In this document: positions 18,528 to 28,715 of the stretch, piece by piece | Position numbering within the stretch: the first letter of the stretch is position 1 | Layout of the letters: the number at the start of each line of letters is the position of its first letter | Assembly: GCA_963721805.1 (NCBI GenBank) | Contig: CAVRJY010000001.1 | Coordinates: forward strand, 1,216,001-1,280,000 | Length of the DNA stretch: 64,000 nucleotides | Source of the DNA: Nitrospirota bacterium | GTDB taxonomy: Bacteria; Nitrospirota; Thermodesulfovibrionia; Thermodesulfovibrionales; JdFR-86 | Direction of reading: 5' to 3' | The notes under the pieces: model-generated | Database searches by the model: none | Seen by the model: the letters and a program-made list of their open reading frames with translations, nothing else | Told to the model about the DNA's origin: nothing | Translations under genes and position numbers: made by a program

Positions 18528-19640
18528 ATGGAGGAAAAACCAGGCAGGCCGTTTGGCGAACTCTACGACTCATTGATCCAGCGCGGCGTGACGCGCCGGG
18601 ACTTCCTGACGTTCTGCAGCACGATGGCCGCGGCCCTGGCGCTGCCGGCCGGTTACGGCGCGACAATTGCCGAGGCGCTGGAGAAGGCAAAGAAGCCGAT
18701 CGTCGTCTGGCTCGAGATGCAGGCCTGCACCGGGGATACAGAGTCCCTGCTTCGGGCCACCAAGCCCGCGGTCGGAGAGCTGCTCCTTGACATCATCTCC
18801 CTGGACTACGCTGAGGTGATCATGGCCTCGGCCGGTTTCCAGGCCGAGAAGTGCCTCTCCGACGTGGTCAAGAACGAGAAGGGCAAGTACATCTGCATCA
18901 TCGAGGGCGCGATCCCGCTGGCCGAGGGCGGCATATACGGCACCATCGGCGGCAGGACAATGGTCGATATTGCTAGAGAGGTCAGCGGCAGCGCCCTGGC
19001 CACAATCGCTGTCGGCAACTGCGCCTGGGACGGAGGAATACCCGCGGCCCAGCCTAACCCCACCGGCGCGGTGGGGGTCAAGGACGCCGTGAGCGGCATA
19101 ACGCTGATCAACCTGCCCGGCTGCCCGATGAACGGAGAGAACCTTACGGCAGTAATCGTGCACTTCCTGACGTTCGGCACCCTGCCGGTCACCGATACCT
19201 TTGGCCGCCCGCGCTTCGCATACGGCAAGCGCGTCCATGACAACTGCGAGCGCCGCGCGCACTTCGACGCCGGGCAGTATGTCCGCAGGTGGGGCGACGA
19301 AGGCCACCGCCTCGGCTGGTGCCTCTACGAGATGGGGTGCAAGGGGCCGGACACCTTCCATAACTGCCCTATCGTCAGGTGGAACGGGGGCACAAGTTGG
19401 CCGGTGCAGTCCGGCCACGGCTGCATAGGCTGTGCTGCGCCTCACTTCTGGGATACGATGACTCCGTTCTACCGCAGGCTGCCCAAGGTGCCGGGCTTCG
19501 GCATCGAGACCACGGCCGACAAGATCGGCCTCGGCGTGGCTGCCGCGGCCGCCGCGGGCCTCGCAGCGCATGCCATAACCAGGGCGGTAAAGGGCGGTTA
19601 CAAGCCCGAGGAACATAAAAAAGAGGAGGATAAAAAATAA
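18528..19640 (+). CDS. group 1 membrane-bound [NiFe] hydrogenase small subunit
   Basis: TRRDFL Tat motif, [30 protein letters not shown]-terminal anchor helix. Confidence 0.95.
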   Translation: MEEKPGRPFGELYDSLIQRGVTRRDFLTFCSTMAAALALPAGYGATIAEALEKAKKPIVVWLEMQACTGDTESLLRATKPAVGELLLDIISLDYAEVIMASAGFQAEKCLSDVVKNEKGKYICIIEGAIPLAEGGIYGTIGGRTMVDIAREVSGSALATIAVGNCAWDGGIPAAQPNPTGAVGVKDAVSGITLINLPGCPMNGENLTAVIVHFLTFGTLPVTDTFGRPRFAYGKRVHDNCERRAHFDAGQYVRRWGDEGHRLGWCLYEMGCKGPDTFHNCPIVRWNGGTSWPVQSGHGCIGCAAPHFWDTMTPFYRRLPKVPGFGIETTADKIGLGVAAAAAAGLAAHAITRAVKGGYKPEEHKKEEDKK

Positions 19641-21349
19641 TGCCGAAAATCGTAGTCGACCCGATCACGAGGATCGAGGGACATTTGAGGATCGAGGCGC
19701 AGGTCGATGGCGGTAAGATCGTCGACGCGTGGGCCTCGTCCACGGCATTCCGCGGGATAGAGATCATACTGAAGGGCAGAGACCCGCGCGACGCATGGGC
19801 CTTTACCCAGCGAATATGCGGGGTCTGAACGACCGTTCATGCCACCGCATCCGTGCGATGCGTCGAGAGCGCTTTAAACATAACGATCCCCGATAACGCG
19901 AGGGTCATACGCAATATCATCAGCGGCATGCAGCAGGTGCAGGACCACATCATACACTTCTATCACCTGCATGCCCTTGACTGGGTAGACGTCGTCTCCG
20001 CGCTCAAGGCCGACCCGGCCAAGACCTCCGCGCTCGCCCAGTCGATCTCCGACTGGCACAACTCCAGCGCCGCGTATTTCAAGGGAGTGGCGGCAAAGCT
20101 CACCGAGTTCGTCCAGCGCGGCCAGCTCGGCCCGTTCGCGAACGCATACTGGGGGCACAAGGCCTATAAGCTCCCGCCCGAGGCGAACCTGATGGCCGTG
20201 GCTCATTATCTCGAGGCCCTCGAAATTCAGAAAGACATCATCCGCCTGCACGCCACCCTGGGCGGCAAGAACCCCCACTTGCAGACGTACGTCGTTGGCG
20301 GCATGGCGTGCCCGATCGATCCCAACAGCCAAAACGCGATCAACGCCGCGAGTATCCAGTTCATGAAGGATCTTTCCGCGAGGGCCACCGCGTTCGTCGA
20401 GCAGGTATACATCCCTGACCTGCTGGCGGTGGCCTCGTTCTACAAGGACTGGGCCGCGATAGGCGAGGGCGTGGGCAACTACCTCTCAGCCGGCGACTTC
20501 CCCATGGACGGCCTGCCCAACAGCACGAACAACTGGCTTCCGGGCGGAGTGATCAAGGGCAAGAACCTCTCGAAGGTCGAGACCGTAGATCCCAAGAAGA
20601 TCGCAGAGCACGTCGCCCACTCGTGGTATACATACTCTGGCGGCGACGAGAAGGGCGTCCACCCGTATGACGGCGAGACGAGCCCGAAATATACCGGGCC
20701 CAAGCCGCCATATAAGGAACTCGACACTGCCGCCAAATACACCTGGTCCAAGGCCCCGCGTTACGACGACCTGCCGATGGAGGTCGGGCCGCTCTCGCGC
20801 ATGCTAGTGGCGTACGCACAGGGCCACAAAGAGGTGGTCGAGGTCGTGAACCTCGTCTTAGGAAAACTCGGAGTGGGACCGGCGGCGTTGTTCTCGACTC
20901 TGGGCCGCACCGGAGCCCGTGGAGTCGAGACGCTCGTGATAGCCCGTAAGCTGCCGTCGATGATCGACGAGCTCGCGGCGAACATCAAGAAGGGCGACCT
21001 CGCTATAGCTAACACGACTCTATGGGAGCCCTCGACCTGGCCGAGCGAGTGCAGGGGGTACGGTTTCCACGAGGCCCCGCGCGGCATGCTGAGCCATTGG
21101 ATCAACATCAAGGACCAGAAGATCGCGAACTACCAGTGCATAGTGCCCGGCACCTGGAACGTCTCTCCGCGCGACGCAAAGGGGCAGCGCGGCCCTTACG
21201 AGGCTGCCCTGATCGGCACGCCGATCGAGAACCTCGAGCAGCCGCTGGAGATCCTGCGCACGGTGCATTCGTTCGACCCATGCATGGCGTGCGCGGTGCA
21301 CGTGGTCGACGCCCAGAAAAACCCGGTCATCACAGTAAAGGTGAAGTAG
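19640..21349 (+). CDS. [NiFe] hydrogenase large subunit with in-frame TGA at codon 63 (probable selenocysteine), 569 aa if read through
   Basis: ORFs 19640-19828 and 19853-21349 are in one frame: DPITRIEGH...QRICGV*TTVH...[10 protein letters not shown]...APRG...DPCMACAVH. Confidence 0.9.
19846..19862 (+). promoter_or_regulatory. candidate bacterial SECIS hairpin
   Basis: CGCATC-CGTGC-GATGCG, 6-bp stem, G at loop position 2, loop begins 23 nt after the TGA. Confidence 0.55.
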
Positions 21350-21365
21350 GGAAGGAGGACAGACC

Positions 21366-22055
21366 GTGATTGATAAAGGAAATGGGGAGACCTGCTCCCT
21401 TGCGTCACGCATAGTGTATGTCTGGCAGGTCCCGGTCCGCCTCGTGCACTGGACGAACGTCCTGAGCATCCTGACGCTCTCGGTCACGGGCTTCTACATC
21501 GGGGCTCCGTTCATGCACGCCATCGACACGACTCAAAACATAATGGGCAACATCAGGTTCATCCACTTCACGGTCGCCTACATTTTCCTGGTGAGCGTGC
21601 TGTCGCGCATCGCGTGGTCGTTCATGGGCAACAAGTATGCGAGTTGGAGGACATGGTTCCCGTTTTCGCGGCCTCACCTCGGCGAGCTGTGGAACGCCCT
21701 TAAGTTCTATATCATGATAGGCGGCAAGAAGCCCACCGTGGTCGGCCACACGGGCGTTGCGCTCATCACGTATTTTTTCCTGCATGTGCTGTACGCGCTC
21801 ATGCTTCTTACAGGCTTCGCCTTTTACAGCATGGGCAGGCCCGAAAGTTTCGTGACGTTCCTGATGGGCAGGTGGGTGCTGAACTACGTGAGCCCGCAGG
21901 ACCTCCGGCTTTACCACCACATAACCATGTACGTGATCCTGACCTTCGCGGCCGTGCACGTTTACATCGCGTGGTGGTTCGACCTGATCGAGCGAAACGG
22001 GATAATGAGCAGCATGTTCAGCGGCAACAAGTTCCTGCACGAGGAAGAACGTTAA
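21366..22055 (+). CDS. Ni/Fe hydrogenase cytochrome b subunit (HyaC/HupC family)
   Basis: VYVWQVPVRLVHW, IRFIHF, LYHH, VHVY, SSMFSG. Confidence 0.93.
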   Translation: MIDKGNGETCSLASRIVYVWQVPVRLVHWTNVLSILTLSVTGFYIGAPFMHAIDTTQNIMGNIRFIHFTVAYIFLVSVLSRIAWSFMGNKYASWRTWFPFSRPHLGELWNALKFYIMIGGKKPTVVGHTGVALITYFFLHVLYALMLLTGFAFYSMGRPESFVTFLMGRWVLNYVSPQDLRLYHHITMYVILTFAAVHVYIAWWFDLIERNGIMSSMFSGNKFLHEEER

Positions 22056-22554
22056 ACTCTCGATCATAGGCATAGGCAATACCCTGCTCAGCGACGAGGG
22101 TGCGGGGGTGCACGCCGTAAGGGCGCTCGTGGAGAGGTACAGCTTCCCCGGAGGCGTCCGGCTGATCGACGGCGGCACGAAGGGGCTCGAACTGCTCTCT
22201 TACGTCGAGGGCGACCACCTGATGCTGCTTGACGCGGTGGACTTCGGCGCTGCCCCCGGCACGGTGCGCATGATCGAGGGCGACGGCATCCACGCGTTTA
22301 TGGACATGAAGTTCTCGGTCCACCAGATCGGGGTGCCGGACCTCCTGTTCGCCGCGATGCTGACGGACGCGCTTCCGAGGGACGTCTGTCTGGTTGGGAT
22401 ACAGCCTCAGTCGCTCGAGGCAGGGCTGGAGCTTACGGACGTGGTGCGTGGTAAAATGGAAGAACTCCTCGGCATGGCCGTGGAGCGGCTCCGCTCGTGG
22501 GGCGTAGAGGTTGCCATCAAGGAGGCGGCTGATGTGTCTTGCGATTCCCTCTAA
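22051..22554 (+). CDS. hydrogenase maturation protease (HyaD/HybD family); start codon uncertain
   Basis: Frame reads VKLSIIGIGNTLLSDEGAGVH...DGGT...DAV...SVHQ; no ATG/GTG/TTG upstream of the conserved N-terminus. Confidence 0.85.
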   Translation, partial: VKLSIIGIGNTLLSDEGAGVHAVRALVERYSFPGGVRLIDGGTKGLELLSYVEGDHLMLLDAVDFGAAPGTVRMIEGDGIHAFMDMKFSVHQIGVPDLLFAAMLTDALPRDVCLVGIQPQSLEAGLELTDVVRGKMEELLGMAVERLRSWGVEVAIKEAADVSCDSL

Positions 22555-22831
22555 AGTTATAGAACTTGACGATATGCTCGCTACCGTGGATCTGTACGGC
22601 GCGCGCACCTCGGTGAGCCTGATGCTGATGCCCGAGGAGGTCAGGGTGGGCGACTACGTGCTCGTCCATGCCGGGTTCGCCCTGCAGCGCCTCGATGAGG
22701 CCGCGGCGCTCGATTCGCTCGCGCTGCTTCGTGAGGTTCAGGAGTTCATCGAGGCCGAAGAGGCCGAGGCGCGCGCCTCGGGTTTATTGTGCGGCCCCGT
22801 CCACGAAGGGCCTAAACTGAACTATTTGTAG
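22532..22831 (+). CDS. hypC: hydrogenase assembly chaperone HypC/HupF
   Basis: MCLAIP start behind [19 protein letters not shown]. Confidence 0.93.
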   Translation: MCLAIPSKVIELDDMLATVDLYGARTSVSLMLMPEEVRVGDYVLVHAGFALQRLDEAAALDSLALLREVQEFIEAEEAEARASGLLCGPVHEGPKLNYL

Positions 22832-23331
22832 CGGATCACCTCGAACCGTTCGACGCCGATTTTCTCGTCCTGCCTGATCCCGGCCTTGCGCATCGAGATC
22901 GATATCTGCTGCTGCGCGGTGTCAACCCCTTCGAGGTCTGGAAGCAGCAGCCCCCGTCTGCCCCCCGCCGTTACGATCACCCCGTAGCGCCTGGGGTCAA
23001 GCGCGGAGAGGTCGTCTACGGGCTCGGGCGCCGTGAGCACGTCGACCGAGTAGGTGATCTCGTCGAGTTCATCAGGGGTGACAGGAGTGAAGCGCGGGTC
23101 ACGCGTGGCCGCGCTGATCGCGTTTTCGACGGTCTCATGTGCGACCGAGGCCGTGCAGGGCTGTATGGTGCCGATGCAGCCCCTGAGTTCGCCGTGTTTT
23201 TTGAGCGATACGAAGACACCCGCCTGCCTTCCAGCGAGGTCGCCGAGCCCTTCTTCAGACGGCGTAATCTTCTTGTGCGAGCGGACGTATTCCTCGATGG
23301 TCTTCTTGGCCAGGCTTACGATAGGGTGCAT
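22822..23331 (-). CDS. AMMECR1-domain protein (AmmeMemoRadiSam protein A)
   Basis: GVFVSL, LRGCIGT, DPRF, GLLLPDL. Confidence 0.9.
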   Translation of the reverse strand: MHPIVSLAKKTIEEYVRSHKKITPSEEGLGDLAGRQAGVFVSLKKHGELRGCIGTIQPCTASVAHETVENAISAATRDPRFTPVTPDELDEITYSVDVLTAPEPVDDLSALDPRRYGVIVTAGGRRGLLLPDLEGVDTAQQQISISMRKAGIRQDEKIGVERFEVIRYK

Positions 23332-23366
23332 GGCATTTACCTCTTTCTCTTGGGCGGGAGGCGTTA

Positions 23367-24356
23367 TTATTTGCCGCGAATCAGGGCGTACTCAGAAAGT
23401 TCGAACAGGTTGTCTCTTTCCTTCGAGTGCGGGAAGACCGAGAGGGCGGCACGGGCTTCGTCGACGAGCTTGCGGGCGTGTTCGAATGCGGCTTCGAGCA
23501 CCCCATAGCGGCCGAAGAGCTCCTGGATCCGCGCCAGTCCGTTTTCGCCGACGCCGTCCGCGACGATCTTCGCGATCTCGGCCCGTTCGGCGGGGTTTGC
23601 GGCCTGCAGCAGCAGTATCAGGGGCAGGGTGATCTTCCCCTCGCCCAAATCAGTGCCCAGGCGCTTTCCGAACGCGGCCTCGTCGGCCATGTAATCGAGG
23701 ATGTCGTCTGCCATCTGAAAGGCCATGCCGGTCTTGAGCCCGAAGGCCGCCAGCGCCTCTTCCTTCGCGTCCGTGGCGCCCGCTACTATGGCCCCGAGCC
23801 TGCACGCGGCCGAGATCAGCACGCCGGTCTTGGCCGATATGATGGCCAGGTAGTCCTGCTCGGTTATCGCGGTGTCGCCGAGCTTCTGCAGCTGTATGAG
23901 TTCGCCCTGCGTCATCCCGGCGATGGCCGAGGCGAGGATATCGACGATCTTTGTGTTTTTGAAGGTGACGGCGTGGCGCAGGGCGGTGGAATACAGGTAA
24001 TCGCCTACGAGTATCACCGGCGCGTTGCCCCATATCGAGTTCGCGACCGGGCGGCCTCGCCTTAGCTCCGAGCCGTCCACGACGTCGTCGTGCAGGAGCG
24101 AGGCGGTGTGGATCGATTCGACCACCCCCGAGAGCACTATCTGTCCTTCGCCGCCGTCCCCTGAAATCGCTGCGGAGGACAGCAGGAACAGTGGCCTGAT
24201 GCGCTTTCCGCCGCTTTCATGTATATGCAGGCCTATGGCCTGTATAAGGACAGACTCGCTCTTGAACATCCCAAGGAGGTACTGATCCACCCTGCGGAGC
24301 TCCTCGCGGTGGGCCTCGAAGACCCTGCTTATGTCTGCGGTCTGGTTGCCCTGCAT
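23367..24356 (-). CDS. polyprenyl diphosphate synthase
   Basis: [31 protein letters not shown]. Confidence 0.93.
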   Translation of the reverse strand: MQGNQTADISRVFEAHREELRRVDQYLLGMFKSESVLIQAIGLHIHESGGKRIRPLFLLSSAAISGDGGEGQIVLSGVVESIHTASLLHDDVVDGSELRRGRPVANSIWGNAPVILVGDYLYSTALRHAVTFKNTKIVDILASAIAGMTQGELIQLQKLGDTAITEQDYLAIISAKTGVLISAACRLGAIVAGATDAKEEALAAFGLKTGMAFQMADDILDYMADEAAFGKRLGTDLGEGKITLPLILLLQAANPAERAEIAKIVADGVGENGLARIQELFGRYGVLEAAFEHARKLVDEARAALSVFPHSKERDNLFELSEYALIRGK

Positions 24357-24363
24357 TGCCCTG

Positions 24364-25422
24364 TTAGACCCTCAGTTTGTCGATCTCGGCCCCCGGCTCG
24401 GAGAGCATATGGAGGTCCGAGGGCTTAAAAGCGCCCTTCTCTGTAATTATAGCAGTTACGTAGCGCGCGGGTGTGACGTCAAACGCCATGTTCAGGGCCT
24501 TGGCCCCCTCGGGCGCGATGCGGTAATGGCCCATGATGTTCGTGACCTCGTCGGGGGAGCGCTCCTCGATCGGGATAAGATCGCCGCTAGGCATCGTGAA
24601 GTCTATGCTGCTCGTAGGGGCCGCGACATAAAACGGTATCCCGTGCTCCTTGCAGAGCACCGCCACGCTATAGGTGCCTATCTTGTTCGCGACGTCGCCG
24701 TTTCGTGCGGTGCGGTCCGTGCCCACGATCGCCAGGTCTATCATGCCGCGCTTCATCAGCGCCCCGGCCGAGTTGTCCGGGATCAGCGTGACGTCCACCC
24801 CGGCCTGCATCAGCTCCCATGTCGTGAGGCGAGCGCCCTGCAGCCACGGGCGTGTCTCGTCGGCGTAGACCGAAAATTTCCTGCCCATCTCGTGCGCCAC
24901 TAGCATAGGGGCCGTGGCCGTGCCGTAGCCGCCTGTCGCGAGGCTCCCGGCGTTACAGTGCGTCAGCACGCGGCTGCCTTCTTTGATGAACTTCTCGCCG
25001 AACCTGCCGATGGCCTTGTTGGTCTCGATGTCCTCGCTTAGCACGCGGTCGGCCTCCTCGAAGAGGAGCTCCTTAAGCTCGTCCACCGATACGTTCGGCC
25101 GCGAGGCCAGAAAGCTCCTTATGCGCTCGACCGCCCACTTGATGTTGACCGCGGTCGGCCGGGTGGCAAGCAGATCGGCGTATACGGGTTCGAGCCCCTC
25201 GCAGAAGCGGCGGAAGTCCGAGGTCTCGATGGCGTTTGCGCCGAGCGCAATGCCCATAGCGGCCGATATGCCGATGGCAGGCGCGCCCCTGACGTTCATC
25301 TCCTTTATGCACCGGGCCACCTGTCCGGGGCTGGTGCATTCAATGTACCTGACCTCGTTCGGCAGTACCGCCTGGTCGAGGATCATCACGCGTTGGCCTT
25401 CCCTGTATATTGTGCGTACCAT
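24364..25422 (-). CDS. mtnA: methylthioribose-1-phosphate isomerase
   Basis: VRGAPAIG, RPTAVN, THCNAGSLAT, ETRPWLQGARLT, ANKIGT. Confidence 0.95.
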   Translation of the reverse strand: MVRTIYREGQRVMILDQAVLPNEVRYIECTSPGQVARCIKEMNVRGAPAIGISAAMGIALGANAIETSDFRRFCEGLEPVYADLLATRPTAVNIKWAVERIRSFLASRPNVSVDELKELLFEEADRVLSEDIETNKAIGRFGEKFIKEGSRVLTHCNAGSLATGGYGTATAPMLVAHEMGRKFSVYADETRPWLQGARLTTWELMQAGVDVTLIPDNSAGALMKRGMIDLAIVGTDRTARNGDVANKIGTYSVAVLCKEHGIPFYVAAPTSSIDFTMPSGDLIPIEERSPDEVTNIMGHYRIAPEGAKALNMAFDVTPARYVTAIITEKGAFKPSDLHMLSEPGAEIDKLRV

Positions 25423-25432
25423 ATTCCCTCCC

Positions 25433-26668
25433 TTATCCGCCCGCGGGCATCACGGACGTGACGACCATGACGGCGGCAAGAATTATTATCACGAGTACCG
25501 TGGCCCAGGTGACGTAGTTATAAAACCTGTTATTGGTATAACTCCCCATTATGCGCTTGTTGTTGACGAGCATGACCGCAAAGACGAGAACGAAGGGCAG
25601 TATCAGGCCGTTGAGCGCGGCCGACGCGACCATCAGCGCCACGAGCGGGGCGCCGGGAATAAGAATGATCAGGCAGCTCACGGCGAGCAGCGCCGTGTAT
25701 ATCCACATGAACTGCGGGGCCTCGGCGAAGGACTTGTTCACGCCGCGCTCCCAGCCCATCGCCTCGCAGATGTAATATGCGGTCGCAAGCGGCACTATGA
25801 TCGCCCCGAGTATGGAGGCGTTTACGAGGCTGACCGCAAACAGGGTCGAGGCGTACGGGCCGGCAAGCGGTTTCAGGGCGAGCGCCGCCTCGCCGGCGTC
25901 AGTGACCCTGATGCCGTGCGGAAACAGCGTCGCCGCGCACGAGACGATGATGAAGAACGATACGATATCGGTGATGAAGCAGCCGGACACGACGTCTATG
26001 CGCGAGAGCTTGTAGTGGCTCTTCCTGATGCCCTTCTCGGCTATCGAGGACTGCAGGTAGAACTGCATCCAGGGCGTGATGGTCGTGCCTATGATCGCTA
26101 TGACGAGCATGACGTATTCAAAGTCATATTGTACGTGCGGGACAACCAGGTTCTTTGCAACGGCCGACCAGTCAGGATGCGAGAGGAAGCCCGAGATCAC
26201 GTATCCGAAATACAGCAGGCAGGCCCCGAGCAGGACGCGCTCGACGAATTTATAACTCCCCCGCGTGACGAGCAGCCAGACGAAGAAGCCCCCCAAGGGA
26301 ACGACTATATAGCGGCTTATGCCGAATATCTCCATGCTCGCGGCGAGTCCGGCGAAGTCCGCGACCGTGTTGCCGAGGTTCGCGATGAAGAGGCCGACCA
26401 TCATGTAAAACGTGGCCTTGACCCCGTAATTTTCGCGGATCAGGTCTGAGAGCCCCTTACCAGTGATAACGCCCATGCGCGCTATCATCTCCTGTATTAC
26501 GATCAGCGCGACCGTTGTAGGGATCAGCGTCCAGAGCAGCGTATAGCCGTATCTCGCCCCCGCCACCGAGTACGTGGTTATGCCGGGTGCGTCGTTGTCG
26601 ATGTTGGCGGTGATGATGCCCGGCCCCATGACCGACAGAAACAGCGCTATGCGCTTCCAGCGCTTCAT
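25433..26668 (-). CDS. NRAMP-family divalent cation transporter (NRMT-like)
   Basis: GPGIITANIDNDAPGITTYS, QEMIARMG, GTTITPW. Confidence 0.88.
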   Translation of the reverse strand: MKRWKRIALFLSVMGPGIITANIDNDAPGITTYSVAGARYGYTLLWTLIPTTVALIVIQEMIARMGVITGKGLSDLIRENYGVKATFYMMVGLFIANLGNTVADFAGLAASMEIFGISRYIVVPLGGFFVWLLVTRGSYKFVERVLLGACLLYFGYVISGFLSHPDWSAVAKNLVVPHVQYDFEYVMLVIAIIGTTITPWMQFYLQSSIAEKGIRKSHYKLSRIDVVSGCFITDIVSFFIIVSCAATLFPHGIRVTDAGEAALALKPLAGPYASTLFAVSLVNASILGAIIVPLATAYYICEAMGWERGVNKSFAEAPQFMWIYTALLAVSCLIILIPGAPLVALMVASAALNGLILPFVLVFAVMLVNNKRIMGSYTNNRFYNYVTWATVLVIIILAAVMVVTSVMPAGG

Positions 26669-26675
26669 GCGCCCC

Positions 26676-27938
26676 TCAGACGCTCCGCATGAGCTTGCGG
26701 GCCTTCTTGGGTATCAGGCGGTCGAGGATGTCGTCGACCGTCACGACCCCGACCATGCAGGTGTCGCAGTCCACGACCGGTAGCGCGACGAGGTTATACT
26801 TGGCGATCACGCCCGCCACCTCGTCCTCGTCCGTCTCGGGCCTGACGGACTTGATGTTAGTCTCCATGATGTCCCCGAGCGTCGCCTCCGGGCTGGCCAG
26901 CAGAATTTCCCTCAGGGATGTCACGCCGCGAAGCTTTTCGTCCTCGTCGATTACGTAGATGTAGTATATGTCGTGGATGTCCTCGGCGTCAGTCTTGAAC
27001 TTCAGGATCGCATCGGCCACGGTCATCTCAGGCGGGTAGGCCACGTAGACGTTCGTCATCAGGCCGCCGGCGGTGTCGGCGTCGTGGCCGAGGAGTTCCT
27101 GGATGTCCTCGGCCTCCTCCTGCTCGATATGGCCGAGGAGTTCCTGCGCCTTCTCGGCCGAGAGGCTCGACAGCAGGTCGGCGGCAGAGTCCGGCGGCAT
27201 CTCTTCGAGGATGTCGGCGGCGCGCGAGGCCTCGATGTCGCTGATGACAGACTGCTGGTCCTTGGGGTCGAGCTCCGAGATCGCGTCCGCGGCGGTCTCG
27301 ACGTCGAGGTTCCGGATCAGGTGCGCGCTCTCCTGGGGCGATATCTGGCTTATCATCTCGGCCAGGTCGGCAGGGTGCAGGTCAGCGACGATCTGCCTCG
27401 TGACCGTAAGCGAGATGTTCGTGAGCTTCGGCTGCAGGGGCTGGATGTAGTTCCAGCTTATCAGGCTTTGGGGCATCTCGCGGCGCAGCAGCCTGAGGAC
27501 CATCTCGCCCTGGCGTTCTATCCCCATGCGGCGCAGCAGTCCCCTGATGCCTACGTCCACGGCAACCAGCACGGCCGTGTCGAAATACCCCTCGATCTTG
27601 ATGTCGTTTACGCGCACGACGCGCGCCCCGTTTGCGTCCACGATCTGCTTGTCGAGTATGTCGCGCACCGCGAGCAGGTCATCTTCGGCGGGCTCATAGG
27701 TCTGCATGGTGTTGATGAAGTTCATGGAGGTCATCACCTTGCGGTTAAAGAGGTTCAGGTCTGACCACTGGAGCTTCACCATGCGCTTCTTGCTCTCCAG
27801 CAGGAGGGTGTCGATCTTGGGCAGCGGCTCGCCCTTGACGACCGTGATGTCCTTGAGCCTGCCGAGCTCCTCGCCCTTGGGATCCAGTACGGGTTTGCCT
27901 AGAATGTCGCTAAGAAACAGCTCTCCGAACAGCGCCAT
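26676..27938 (-). CDS. soluble MgtE-like protein (PRC-barrel-like, MgtE N-domain, CBS pair)
   Basis: LHPADLA, EEMPPDSAADLL, TAGGLM, YIYVID, YNLVALPVVD, GVVTVDD; no TM domain. Confidence 0.85.
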   Translation of the reverse strand: MALFGELFLSDILGKPVLDPKGEELGRLKDITVVKGEPLPKIDTLLLESKKRMVKLQWSDLNLFNRKVMTSMNFINTMQTYEPAEDDLLAVRDILDKQIVDANGARVVRVNDIKIEGYFDTAVLVAVDVGIRGLLRRMGIERQGEMVLRLLRREMPQSLISWNYIQPLQPKLTNISLTVTRQIVADLHPADLAEMISQISPQESAHLIRNLDVETAADAISELDPKDQQSVISDIEASRAADILEEMPPDSAADLLSSLSAEKAQELLGHIEQEEAEDIQELLGHDADTAGGLMTNVYVAYPPEMTVADAILKFKTDAEDIHDIYYIYVIDEDEKLRGVTSLREILLASPEATLGDIMETNIKSVRPETDEDEVAGVIAKYNLVALPVVDCDTCMVGVVTVDDILDRLIPKKARKLMRSV

Positions 27939-28058
27939 TGGATATCCCTCCCCGCGTTGGTTAATCAGATAGTATATATGAGGCTTAAGCGGTTAATAAA
28001 GCGGGAATCCCCGCGCGATCCGGGGCTGCGCGCGCCGCCATATGCGGTACAATGATAT

Positions 28059-28715
28059 ATGTCCAGGGCAGCCTCTATAGCCGCGGTCGTCGCGCTATGC
28101 GCGCTCTTCGCGCTGCAGCACAGCCTGCTCGTGACCGACCAGGCCAAGGCGCTTGCGCGCCGCGCGCTCGGCTGGGCGTTCGTGCGCGCGTATTACCGCC
28201 TCGGCTTCACGCTCGTCAGCCTCGCGTCGCTCGCCGCCTTCGCGTTCGCATTCATGATGGTCCCGGATGCGGTGCTATGGTCGCCACCGTTGTGGCTCGT
28301 GGCAATTATGCGCCTCGGGCAGCTGGGCGCTGCGATATTCGCGGTCAGGTCGTTTACGGCCGTGAGCCTCTGGGAGTTCATCGGCCTCAGGCAGGCCTGG
28401 AGCGTGCTGCGCGGCGGCAGGCCCGCGGGCGACGTCGAGGGGCTCGCGATGCGGGGGCTCGTCACCAGCGGCTCATACCGCTACGTCCGCCACCCGCTCT
28501 ACCTCGCCGGGATACTGGTATTCACGCTGAACCCCGAGTTCACCCTCAACCGCGTTACGCTCGCGGCCTGCGCGGATATCTACTTCATCGCGGGCGCGAT
28601 GATAGAGGAGAAACGGCTGCTCGCAAGGTTCGGAAACGAGTACAGGCGGTACATGGCCATTGTCCCGCGCTTCATCCCTTCGTTAAAAAGAGCGGAGCGC
28701 CCGAGCGCGCGATGA
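28059..28715 (+). CDS. isoprenylcysteine carboxylmethyltransferase-family membrane protein
   Basis: FALQHS, GSYRYVRHPLY, EEKRLLARFGNEY, VPRFIP. Confidence 0.8.
   Translation: MSRAASIAAVVALCALFALQHSLLVTDQAKALARRALGWAFVRAYYRLGFTLVSLASLAAFAFAFMMVPDAVLWSPPLWLVAIMRLGQLGAAIFAVRSFTAVSLWEFIGLRQAWSVLRGGRPAGDVEGLAMRGLVTSGSYRYVRHPLYLAGILVFTLNPEFTLNRVTLAACADIYFIAGAMIEEKRLLARFGNEYRRYMAIVPRFIPSLKRAERPSAR

Noticed and set aside
19640..19828. Genome-wide UGA reassignment (code 4 or 25)
   Set aside because: TGA ends conserved genes at the expected position (vorB, pheS), and Trp is encoded by TGG.
24983..26449. Long antisense or alternate-frame ORFs (also 39273-40832, 30167-31420, 32835-33929, 55418-56572)
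   Set aside because: Shadow ORFs opposite well-supported genes in GC-rich DNA, with no recognisable motifs.
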